The translations under genes and the position numbers were made by a program. From Atractiella rhizophila (lineage: Eukaryota), in the NCBI GenBank assembly GCA_021432655.1, contig MU271235.1, positions 62,001-126,000 of the forward strand: DNA of 64,000 nucleotides. The letters are read 5' to 3'. A model generated the notes under the pieces. The model worked only from the letters and a program-made list of their open reading frames with translations. It had not been told where the DNA came from and did not search any database. Positions 13,771 to 30,753 of the stretch are shown piece after piece (position 1 is the stretch's first letter; each line of letters opens with the position of its first letter).

Positions 13771-14947
13771 CTCAAATCCTTGACAGCTTTCAGTAACAGG
13801 CCAGCAGTGATCATTCGATGTATTGTCCATGAATTTGAATATCTGAAGGATTGTCGTATCTAGATTGCATCTCAATATGCTGAAAGCTTGAGAGGATAGG
13901 GAATAACTCACTAGATATTAGAGACACGAAAAAAATATGCTGAGGTTGCTGTAGTCAGCACGGAACGAAAAGAAAGGGGTAGCTCACGTGATTATGACAC
14001 GTCTAGGAGTTCGTGTTTTCAAAGATGTTTAGCTTCTTAAAGATAATCAGATATTCATATGTGAATGCTAATATGGTACGCTTTACTTTGCATGAGTTAA
14101 TAGCTACGGCTGGAATGATATCCGATTGCCAGATGCTATATAAATCTCTCACTGATTCCATCGTGGTAATGAAAATCATAAGGAAGTAAAGTGAACACTC
14201 AAATGGTATTAATCAATAGAAGAAGGAGTCATCCTTACTTTAATATCTAACAATCTTAGCCGTAGCTAAAAAGAGCATTAAGAGAAGTCGGACAAGGCAG
14301 TTGTCATCGCTTGCTTGTTGCCCTTTAAGTACTGCCAAGCTATTGCTTTCAAGTTTTCAATGCGCTTTTGTGTGATACGAGATTTGGGTAAGGTGAATAG
14401 GAAGAAATGAAACGTATTGTCAAAGGATTATTCATCAAACTTAAGCGAAAAATATTTATTCTTGGTAATTGAATGAGATTGTGTATGGTAGCCAGCAATA
14501 TCGAAGCAATAGGCAATATCCAAGAACATGTTGATGGCTGCGGCATGTTTCTTTCTGCTAGTGGGATCATAGGCATATTGATAATATTTATTGATTGAAT
14601 GATAGTATCTTTAAGAAAAGTATAGCGAGACAAGTTTTGACAACAAACTCACGAGTTCTAAGCAGTACATTAAACGCATCAATACTTATATCCGTATTGC
14701 AATGTCAGCATTCCTGCATCACTGCTACCATGGGTTTCCACCATAACCCACATCGTTGTTTGTGACAGCTCAATGCTCAGCCAGCTCGAGTAAATGAATC
14801 TTACCAATTGGGGAATTTGGTCCGTGTCCAATGCGTTCAATCAAGAATTCGAACACCAACTCAAAACAACTCTCTTCTGATATCAAAGGAGCACGATGTT
14901 AAGGAGAAAGAATGGAATTTATTCTAAAGTGCTATCATCAAAAAAAT

Positions 14948-17900
14948 TTACAGTACATTCTGCTTCCTGCAACTCTTCTGCAAAGTCAACTTCTTCGATA
15001 CCCTCTTCGAATGCATCTTCATCTTCCACTCTTGCTCAAAATCTTCAGTGGAACTTCCTACAACCTCTGATCCTGTCCGAAGACTGCCCAACCAGGCATG
15101 TACACCTTCCTCTTCGCTCCTTGTTTCTTCCCAAACCCAAGAGAGATCATTAAACCATACTTGTTCAAGGAATTGTAAACGACTCAATTCCTTCTGAAGG
15201 AGATGGAGTGTGGACCATGCACGTTTGAGTGGTGAGATGGACGGGTTCTGGGTCAACTGAATATATGCTGACGGTTGACAGAACGGTGGGGAGGTTGCTG
15301 TAGCGGAAGGGTTATGACGGGAAGAAGAGTCTATCACTACCATTCCAAAGCATTAGCACAGAAAAATCGTCACAAGGAGAAAAAGACACACATGTAGAAA
15401 GATAATCTATGCTCCGAGTAAACTCCAACCTTCTCTCGTTTGCCCAAGCCATCGCACGACGCACTTCCCACCCTACACGCCTTAGCTCCTCCACTGCACG
15501 ATCCCGCTCCATGACCGTTCGTATCCCTGCCTGGATGATCACATCTGTTTGCCACAGCCCTCAGGCACACGTCATGAAGCCATCATTCCAGAAAGGGTCA
15601 TCGAGGGAAAGGGACTTGAGTTCGTCATAAGTTGACAATTTTTTCGGGAGTGCTTCGTCAGGAAAGTCTTGTTCGTACTTCGCAACATGCCGAAGGTAGG
15701 CATTGAAGGTTGTTTTGGCAGCAGGGTGATGTTTGGATACAGAGGCAAGGATACGTTCACGCTTCTTGTATCCTACAAGAATTAGTCTTGATAATGATTC
15801 CTGAGGTTGACAAACCTGTCAAATAACCCCCACGTCGTTCTTTGGCAAGAGTGATCGGACGCAGTTCTTCCTTAATACGAAGGTGACGCCGTTGCAATTC
15901 TAGTTTTGCATACCGAAGAAGGAGAAGCTGTTTTCTCCTCTCTTCTGTTATTTAACACATTGCACATAAGCATCCGGCCTAGAGAGCAAGAAGCACCTTA
16001 CTTTCAGCAGGACAGAGGTCACGAAATGCACCTCCCAACTCCTGTGCGAGTAGTTCCAATTCCGCACTATATTTGTCCATTGCGGCAAGCGCCTTTGCGG
16101 CTGTTTCTGGAAGGATCTGGCGTGTGGACTCAAGTGTTCTTCTACCCTGATGGATCAGCAATGCGACAAAGACTGAAGGAGAGCATCCATACGCAGTTTG
16201 TTCTAGTCGATACTGCAGGCCAAAGAATGCACCTAGTTTCTCCTCTTCCTCCTTTTGTCGAGTTTTTTTGGACTCTTGACCAAGGTCTCTCTTCTCCTGT
16301 CTCCATTGTTCGTAGAAAAACGCTTCAGTGTATTTTGACCCTGGGTGGTGAATGTTGTCGATGGATTTGAGAAAGTCGAGTCGCTTGGACGCCTGCCGCA
16401 AAGAGGTTGTAGCATTAGCATACTTTCAACGAAGGGTTACAGCTATAGACGCACCTGTGAGCGTGCTGAATATAATTGGAACAAGTGGACGACATACCGA
16501 GACCCACAAGTCCTTCTTCAACAATGTGCTGAGCTCGAAACTCAATGGTGAGGAGGCGGTTGTTACGCATCATGTAACGGCATCCTCCAATGATGGAGGA
16601 CATCTTGCTCCATGTCCGCTCCGTTCCTTCGCCCTCTGACTGGCCAAATCCAGTGGAGTACTTGGAGTTGTAATTGATCTGGCAGTCCCAACCATGAGCA
16701 TAGCCATGAAAGGTCGGAAGACGGGCTTGAATTCGCTCTCGGATGTCAGTGGGGAGGAGGTTACGCTGACAATACATTCTCAATGACATTCCACGATTGG
16801 GGTACTACGCACTTTGTCCACATGCTTTTCGAAATTGCAGGCGATATCATATTGGGCTCCAAATCGTCGGTCCACGAAAGCTTGAGCAAGGTATTTAACA
16901 ACCACGACGGAATAGCAAAGTCTGAAGACAGTCAATAAGGTACAAATTCATATGCAAGACTCTGTACTTCTCTCCCGATTTGAAGATGTTTGCAAAGATC
17001 AATGGTTGATCATGGCGGCAAATAGCAGCAAAGAGCCCCGTGTCATCTGAGTTCCTAAAGCTTTACTGGCTCCGTTTGTCGTCTGCAGCTTTGAAAGACT
17101 CCGTACAAGCGTCCTGGTGACATCTAATACTTCAGTCTTGATATAGCGGAAGTACATACCTTGTCATGGGACTTATACTTGCCAGTAGCTGTTTCATTCG
17201 TTTCTCTTGCGTCATCAATGGCCTCCTGAGGGATGAATGATGGAGGATGGCGAAGAGGAATGGCATTGATGGTGCTATTTGCTTGATGCCGCTGAACGAA
17301 GTTGCCATCCATACTGAAGATGTTGTCCGGCACTTTGTCTTCTTTTCGCTCGTTCTCCATTGGTCCGAAGCAGGGGGGGCAGATCATCGCGAGCCGATCA
17401 GAGTTGCGATGATTCAATGTCTCTTCAAGCAGTTGTTGCACTCCTAGGAGGATGCACCGGAACACAGAGACCGTCTTCCCAAATGGAATGCGAAACGACC
17501 GTGCCTGGTCCCAAAGTGAACACTTAGCACACAACCCTAACATGGAGCAGGAACATATGAAGGCGCTTGGGCGAGAGGTGTGGAAGACGAGCAAGGGATG
17601 GCGGACATACTTGATCAGTCCCGCGTCCTTTCAAAGCAGTCGATTTGCCAGGTAGCAGATGAAGATATTTCTGCCATCCCTCAATCCAGCTTTGGATTGA
17701 AATTCCGGAAGGCGCCCACATAGAATGATGAAAGCGAAGGAAGCGGATAGAGAAGGCGGTTCGAGGGGAGTGGGGAGAGGCGGGGAGATATCCCATGCAG
17801 AGAAGTCGGACTGGCTCTGGAGTACATCTGCAGAAAGACACCGTCGCACGGCGTTCACCTTCCCAACAACCCCATGACCTCGTGTTCAACGTAAGGAGAG

Positions 17901-18452
17901 GCAGCATACCTAGGATATCCAGCAAATCTACTTCTTTCTCACTCCTATCGCCCTGCTCGCAGCGACAAAGAAAGACCTCCCCAACCCGATCCTTGAAAGC
18001 TTCCTCGCCATCCGCCCAACCTCCACTCCAACCTTCTAGCAATAAATAATGCGCCACCATCTCTGGCATCAGTTCAGTCCAGCGTCTATCCTCTTCGACA
18101 AGCTTGCTAACATAACGTTCTGATCGATAGCTCTTGCGAAGGAATTGTCGAGCGCGATCCAAACTGGACTGGCTTGGGTCAGAGTGGGTGTACCGTCCTC
18201 CCATTCCCAATCAAATGGTTGTGCACCTTCTGAAATATTCGTGAGAGGGATGGCTGAGGAGTTTGGTGATGGAGGGGAGGAAGGAGAGGAATGCAAGAAG
18301 TCGATGGCATCCATAATCACGTCCTGGGTTCGAGATTTGGCGAGAAATACGTCTGCTCTTCTGCCTGACAGACGACCTGAGCTGGTGAACAACGTTGTCT
18401 TTCCATTATCCTTGAGCGGTCTGACACGCCGGCCGTCTCGTGAACGCTTCAT
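14948..18452 (-). CDS. KDZ transposase with N-terminal CxC1-like cysteine cluster (intron-containing, probable frameshift near 18200)
   Basis: CRC...FCRC..EPVRLLCMGYLPASPHSPRTAFS; ICPPCFG; SMDGNF; GLFAAICRHD; YDIAC; FHGYAHGWDCQ; GQSEGEGTERTWS. Confidence 0.88.
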
Positions 18453-18647
18453 TGGAGCGAGGTTGTCGAGGCTATGGAGGGTGGATTGGGGATGGGCTGG
18501 TCGGTTCGGTTTAGACGCTCAAGGTGGTTCACGAGCGTACGCGTCTTAAAGCTTGAAGGAGGGAGGATGGGAGCAGAAGTTGTTATGATGTGGTCAGAGT
18601 TGTCATTTTCCCAACCACACTGCCAACTCACAAGTTGTGAATCGTTT

Positions 18648-18737
18648 TGAGAATTGGCTGGCGTGCTGGTCTCAAAGACCGTGAATCTGGTCTTCATTTC
18701 TCGGTCTCGTTGTCCTCTAGAACAGCTGACTGGGGTG
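18648..18737 (-). repeat. Right TIR of the KDZ element
   Basis: Inverted copy of 11771-11860, followed by the TSD GATTTTGA. Confidence 0.9.
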
Positions 18738-18745
18738 GATTTTGA

Positions 18746-20159
18746 GCTGTCTCTTTTGGCAGAAAATATATTTTTGGGGTCCGTCTTTCGCCGATGAGAT
18801 GTTTCGAAAGAAGGTTGAATGAGCAGATTCTTCTGCATCAATTCACTGAGATTTTTTCTTTCCAGTCTTCCAGTGATTTTGGGAACTCTCCTTGGGTTAC
18901 TTTGAGATGTAGTGCAGGATTGAGTCCTCGTTTGAAGAAAAAATAAGGGCTTCATCATCAAAGTCAGTCTGATTTGCCAATTCTTCAAATTTGATGATGT
19001 AGGACTCTAGGGTCCCTTTTGTTGGAGTGAAGACAATTTTTCTGCGCAATAAGCTTGTGGTCTGTTTTGTAAAAGCGCGATTTGAACTCCGACAAAAATT
19101 GTTCCCACGAAATTTGTTCCTCATTTTCGACAAGTTGACACAAAATCCCAGCAGTGAATTTTTCCGCATCGCCTTCTTTCATGTAAGAGAGGGTAAATAG
19201 GATTTTTGATTTTTCGGTCGGGAATTGGCCTGGAACGGTAGGGGTGTAGACGTAAATTTCGCGTAAAAATGTCGGAGCTGTGTTAGGCACTCCTTTGAAG
19301 ATTGAAGGTGGATGTTAGGGCAAACACCATGTGCGGTCGCCGATAGGCGATGCGTCTGTAGTGGAGGTAAACCTAAGAGAATACTCTGAGGTCACCACCA
19401 CTACATCTCGATGTATATATACATATGTAAGGGCACTGCCATGAACCGTAACATACTTTGCTTGAAACGTGTAAGATAGCTAAATCAGGAAAGTATTAAA
19501 GGGAATACTTGGAAATAAGATATACTGGGTCGTACTAATGAGAAAGGACAATAAGGTGAAAATGGTGACAGTGCAGACCGGCGAAATGTATAAGGTTTGC
19601 TGAGCGGCGATTTGTGTGAGAAATGGGAAAGCGGCGAACAGCACAGACATGTGCAGAGCGGCGATGGGTAGGCACGTGATCTCATGACATGATAAGGTGG
19701 GTCACATGACCTCGGGTGGTGCATTTCGGTAATGCGTAGGGGCAAGCCTGACAGTGGAGCAAGCTTCATACCTGCATATGGTGCTACTTGGGTAGTCTGA
19801 GGTATAGATGGAGGAGAGTAAGTTTGAGGTATTGGGTCTGTTCATGATAAAAAGGGAGAGGTGATTCCACTGTCTCTAGGAGGGGGCAGTCTGGAGTCCA
19901 ATAATTGCAAAATTCGGTCGTTTGTGTTTTGGACATTGGACCTCAGTTGCGCAATTTCGTTCGCATTCTGGGAGGTCTGCACATTTTGCTGGTTGAAACT
20001 TGTTATGAGGTCTTGTTCGAGTTTTCTGAACTGTTTTTCCGTTGTGAGGTGCAGAGTTTGGAACATTCTTTCTAAGTGCAAGATGTGTTCTTCGCTCGTC
20101 GGCGTGTTTCCATATCTCCCCAAACCTCCGACATTTTTACGTTTTTTGCTGTTTTGCAT
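18746..20159 (-). pseudogene. gag: Gypsy gag N-terminal part, split by a solo LTR; the C-terminal part continues at 11770-11450
   Basis: KLAP|PSIFKG..TFLREI..EKSKILFTLSYMKEGDA..SWEQFLSEFKSRF..YIIKFEELA; beyond the KDZ, PDDMEVDA and degenerate knuckle CRRCQKIG. Confidence 0.8.
19313..19753 (-). mobile_element. Solo LTR, 441 bp
   Basis: TGTTAGG...CCTGACA termini; 5-bp TSD GTGGA at 19308-19312 and 19754-19758. Confidence 0.9.
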
Positions 20160-20412
20160 GTAAGATAACTAAATCTGGAAAGCAATAAAGGGAATACTCG
20201 GAAATAAGAGATACAGAGCAGTACTAGTGAGAAAGGACAATAAGGCGAAAATGGTGAAGGCACAGACCGGCGAAATGTATAAGGTTTGCTGAGCAGCGAT
20301 TGATGTGAGAAAGGAGAAAGCGGCGAACAGCGTGGGCATGAGCAAAGCGGCGACGAGTAGACACGTGCTCCCATGACGCAGTAAAGTGGGTCACGTGACT
20401 TCAGATGGTGCA
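20160..20412 (-). repeat. Truncated LTR copy (probable 5' LTR remnant)
   Basis: Aligns with ~19469-19723; both termini missing. Confidence 0.8.
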
Positions 20413-21240
20413 GTCTCCCTAGAAAAGCTGAAGTTGGTGAGGTTGTTTGATAGTCTGGGCGAGAAGCGATAGCAGTGAGTTAGTTGCAAGAATAAGAAAA
20501 TGTGCAATCCTTATATAAAAAGCACAACGGGTTTTGACCATGACTCATGCATGTACTTTTGAGCTCTTATATCACTGCTTACAACAACCCTTTTAGAATT
20601 CTGGGTATACCACCAGAATACGCATGTCAGCACCTTCCGAACCGTATACAGCAAAGACTATTTGAAACACGAAAAAAATGTTTTCACTACGGAGTCAGGT
20701 GACTTCCCCCCGAGGTACGAGTGGCCGCTCAGTCCTGGCTCGGCCAATTTAAAAAAAATTTTGTTTGTGACCGGACCGGAACGAACAGCATCATGACGCC
20801 ACCAAGAGCACTGCAATGTTTGCTTTGTGCGCGGTGCAGACGCAATAGATGTCTAATGTACAGCATACATACTTCAAGCTTCAAGTTAACATTGACTTCC
20901 AATCCGGAGTATCTGAATGAGATGAATAGCGAAAGCTTCCCAGTTCGTCCAAGTGATACACTGCACCTTTGGCCGAATGAGAATGCATGTGCACTCGATA
21001 GACAACTCGGAGTGACAGGTTGGGACAAGAGGTAAGAATTACTAGATGGGAAGATTGTAGGAAACTGAGTATTTATTTGACTCATGTGTCGTTTCAACGA
21101 AATGGTGTGCAATTTGTAGGGAGAAAGCATGCTAGATTCATTTCACACTATACGAGTTCGGCGGGCAACAAAATAGATCTGTCTTAAATGATACTGACAG
21201 GAAGTCAACATTCGCGATCGCGTCATAGGCGGTATTGACT

Positions 21241-22155
21241 TCAAAGGATAGAATGATCTAGCAGTGACGAATCGTGAAGGGAATGATCTGGCTGAAGATA
21301 TGATTGCTCAGTAAAGAGTCTAGGGAGAGTCAAGGACTGACCTGTACTGTGATACCCTTTTTTTAACACGTCGGCTACTCCTTTCGTGCGCTCTTCTTCA
21401 ATCCTTTGGTTTCTGGCCAACTGGTTTCTTCTAGCGCGGTCCCAAAACCCCTGAACGAACCGAGCCGTCTCCGGTTTCAAAGCGGCTAGGAATGAGCCTT
21501 TATCGTCTCCGATTTCACGCGCGTAATACAGCAAGCAGTAAGTAAACAAGCCACAGACCTGGAAGCGATGTTGCCTGGAATAATAATCATTAGGCTCTCG
21601 TAACTCATCCTGGAGCCTGTAAACCATTGAATCGAAGAAAGCTGCAAACGTGGGGAAAAAGACGCCTTCATCGAATTCGCATGAGGATATTTTCATCGTT
21701 GTTTCTGGAGATGCGATGAAATCGAAAGGAGACGAAGGTAACAAGCGAACCCATTGAGGAGCTTTTCCATCCGTTCGTTCGAAGCGAATTGGACGGGGGG
21801 CACGGTCTCGAGAATAGTTGAAACCTTCCTCAGGATGAAAGTTCAGAGGGCATTCCACCTCTTTGAAGGGCGATCCAGAGGCTCGGAGGGCATCGGCAGC
21901 TGTTGAAAGCATATCGTCCGATACAAGCAGGTAGAGGTCCCACGTCCCTGTCGGAATGAAGTGTGCGTAACCCAAAGCGTGCTCCATGAATACGACGACT
22001 GGCTTCACACCAAAATTGGCGATTATCCGAGCGGGTTCCAATTCTTCTCTTTGCCCTTCGACTGGGTAAAAGTCTAACTTGCTTGGGATTTCATCGGCGA
22101 ACGGCTTCACAAAATCATCTTCCAACTCTTGCAATCGTCTCCACTTTTTGTCCAT
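21241..22155 (-). CDS. 304-aa hypothetical protein, probable degenerate nucleotidyltransferase fold
   Basis: Intact intronless ORF; VVVFMEHALGYAHFIPTGTWDLYLLVSDDMLSTAADALR resembles the NTase N-terminal strand-helix-strand pattern but lacks GG and the second Asp. Confidence 0.6.
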   Translation of the reverse strand: MDKKWRRLQELEDDFVKPFADEIPSKLDFYPVEGQREELEPARIIANFGVKPVVVFMEHALGYAHFIPTGTWDLYLLVSDDMLSTAADALRASGSPFKEVECPLNFHPEEGFNYSRDRAPRPIRFERTDGKAPQWVRLLPSSPFDFIASPETTMKISSCEFDEGVFFPTFAAFFDSMVYRLQDELREPNDYYSRQHRFQVCGLFTYCLLYYAREIGDDKGSFLAALKPETARFVQGFWDRARRNQLARNQRIEEERTKGVADVLKKGYHSTGQSLTLPRLFTEQSYLQPDHSLHDSSLLDHSIL

Positions 22156-22599
22156 GGTATTTCAAGTAGGGATGTAAGACGTTCGTATGGTCGAGCTTAA
22201 AGTGATCGATATCGGGTGGTAGACCAGTCGGAATAATCAAGATTAATGCGCTGTCGTCACATATATATGAGCGCCTGTGAGACAGTTAAGAGCAAGTTTG
22301 CTCCACAAAGGGAAGGTGGTTAACAAAAAAGAGAGACTGGATTTGAAAGGTCAAAAACAAGGTTCCGATAGATTGACCTTATGGCCTCGACGTTCTCTTG
22401 TTGAGGGCCATAAATGCTTTGTTCAACGCAAGGGGCAAGTCTTCATCCACAAAGAAAACGAAACTGAAGGAAGGACAAGGTCCGATCATTACTTTCATGA
22501 TCTGGGTACCTTGTTGTATAACGGTTTACATAAAAGGCTTCAAACGCTGGCATCCATGATCCCCAGTCTCAACCAAGCAATCAGTAAGAATAGCATAAA
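22156..22599. promoter_or_regulatory. Putative bidirectional promoter (444 bp)
   Basis: Lies between divergent ATGs at 22155 and 22600; TATA-like ATATATAT at 22261 and TGTATAA near 22515. Confidence 0.4.
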
Positions 22600-23508
22600 A
22601 TGTCTTCGCTCAGTTCACAGCTAAGCTCTCGGCTCAGTATGGATTCCCGATATATATCTTTCATAGTGGCTCTTGTATGCCACCAGCAAAACATTCGCTA
22701 CTTCATTACCGGTGGTACGGCGATGAATCTTAATGGGCTATCAAGAACGACGATTGTGAGTATGAAATGGAAATAATTCAAGCCGTTGATGATCTAATTG
22801 CAGGATGCTGATGCTCAACTAGAGCTACATGCTGCAGGAGAATTGGCGAGTCATATCTCGAATCTACAGTTCAAGATGCTTCCTCGATCCATTTCGGCCA
22901 TCGAAACGAAATTCCATGCGTACAAGAACTTGATAAAGCCGCAGTCTGGTATGACAGAGTTCATTCAAGACTTACCGAAGCGAAAGGATCCGCTGGTCAT
23001 CGACACTACCAAAGTGACGCAGCTGCTTTTGGATGGCCAGGAGTTTTCAAACAGCCTGAAGCAACTGCCAGGTCTTCTTCGAGATGAAGAATTAACTATA
23101 GACCTGCGCGTACAGACGATGCTCTTTGCTCGTTTCGTTGGAAAAGTGGAAGTGGATCAGATTCCGATATACTTCGCGAAACCTCCACTCCTAATTCTCC
23201 AAAAAATTATCAGTGCTCCGAAAAGAACCGAACGAACGACAGCGAAAACAGATGATAAAGTCGTGGACATGAGACTGACGAAACGTTTGAAAGATATTAC
23301 CGATGTCTTGAGTCTCACCCATAGGATGATAGCCGATGGGGCTTCTTTGGAGGACCTGAGACATTGTATTGACGAGTACTCCGGTCCGGTTGACTGGCAG
23401 CTAGTCTACGACGATTTCACTGCAGCTTGGAAAGACACGGTCGGAGACAGTGTGACAGCTAGTGTAGACTGGGCAAGATTCAAGAGAGTTTTTGGAGCAC
23501 TTTATTGA
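22600..23508 (+). CDS. AbiEii/MenT-like nucleotidyltransferase, 286 aa, exons 22600-22755 and 22804-23508
   Basis: 48-nt intron GTGAGT...CTAAT.GCAG; spliced product has YFITGGTAMNLNGLSRTTIDAD, then PPLLILQKIISAPKR and KRLKDITD. Confidence 0.8.
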
Positions 23509-24358
23509 GATCTCCTATATAAGCATGCTTCGAATATGGTTTTGTTTTCAAGTTCGCAAAGCGCCTCAATGTATTTAGCATGGTCATTACATCTGGAAAG
23601 GAGAAATGAAAGCTTCTCGAGTTGATGTAGGTGGATGGGCCCGATAAACCAGTAAATAGCAACCAGCTTGCTAAGAGAGGCGAGAGCATGGAAAGTTGGG
23701 GGGGGGGGACGCGCAAGCTGATTTATTTATGATTGCCTCGCACTGACCCAACCCCTTTCTCATGCACATTCCATCAACGGCCCACACCAACACCAAAGAC
23801 GGAACAAGTGCAAGGAGAACGAGCTTACCAGAAGACCCAGGTTCAACGTTCAACCCTTACCAGCCTTACCCTAGGTCAGTTGAAGACAAGGCCAAAACTT
23901 GAAGTGGCAGTTGATTGAGTGTCGCCCTCGGGCCACAAGTTCCGACCGCTGCTCTTCGTCCTTTTGCTGTTCGTTCCAACAAATCTGTTCTTCAGCTTTG
24001 GAACAGCACGCACTGGCCAGGTTGGGTGGAGACGAGCCGAGCGGTCGGAGGTCGGGAGCACGTGCCTGATATTGTGGCAGAATGGAGCCACCCAGCCGAA
24101 ATTTTGGTGCCTGTTCGATTTTCAAATTTTAGCCAGACACAAGAGAGATGTTCAGTTGTCAGTGTAGAGGCTATTTCTTCATCGTACTAGTTTGAAAGTG
24201 ACTCGATTTGTGGCCCTGCTTTTATGCCTTTATAAATCCATGAACATGCAACCAGTTGGGTATCCATCAGAGGTGGGGGCATTCGCGCAATGGCGTCTCT
24301 GCATTTCAATGTATGTCTTTCACTCAAATCCACGTACTCTTAATGATATTGTCATAAA

Positions 24359-30438
<6,080 letters not shown>

Positions 30439-30753
30439 TTACCTCTCTCCCCGTTCTCACTTAAAGTTGCTAGATCATTGGATAAAGTACTTATGATTGA
30501 TTGTTTCAAGGAATTCAATAATAAAACTGGCCCGTACGGGTATTTTACCGACATTTAATACCATTTAAAGTAGTCTAGCCGTGCGCCTGTGTTGCCCTCT
30601 TTTAAATCAAACCGCCAACTTTCTGTCCTCACCAATACCTGCCAGAGAAGACCTTGAATAACTCTAGTCGATTTCACGCAAAAGATTATAGTTATATTCA
30701 CTCTCGGACTACGTACATTTCACATCTGGATTATGCGCGCTTCGATCACAGTA

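Larger units (their letters stand above)
11771..18737 (-). mobile_element. Kyakuja-Dileera-Zisupton (KDZ) DNA transposon, full length, 6967 bp
   Basis: Imperfect ~90-bp TIRs (CACCCCAGTC.../...GACTGGGGTG); 8-bp TSD GATTTTGA at 11763-11770 and 18738-18745; internal CxC1-KDZ transposase. Confidence 0.9.
7263..20412 (-). mobile_element. Decayed Ty3/Gypsy chromovirus LTR retrotransposon with nested insertions
   Basis: gag-PR-RT-RNaseH-INT-chromodomain order on the minus strand; 3' LTR 7263-7685, partial 5' LTR 20160-20412; many stops and frameshifts. Confidence 0.85.

Noticed and set aside
19313..19329. TGGTG as a primer-binding site of a 5' LTR
   Set aside because: The TSD GTGGA shows this sequence lies inside the solo LTR
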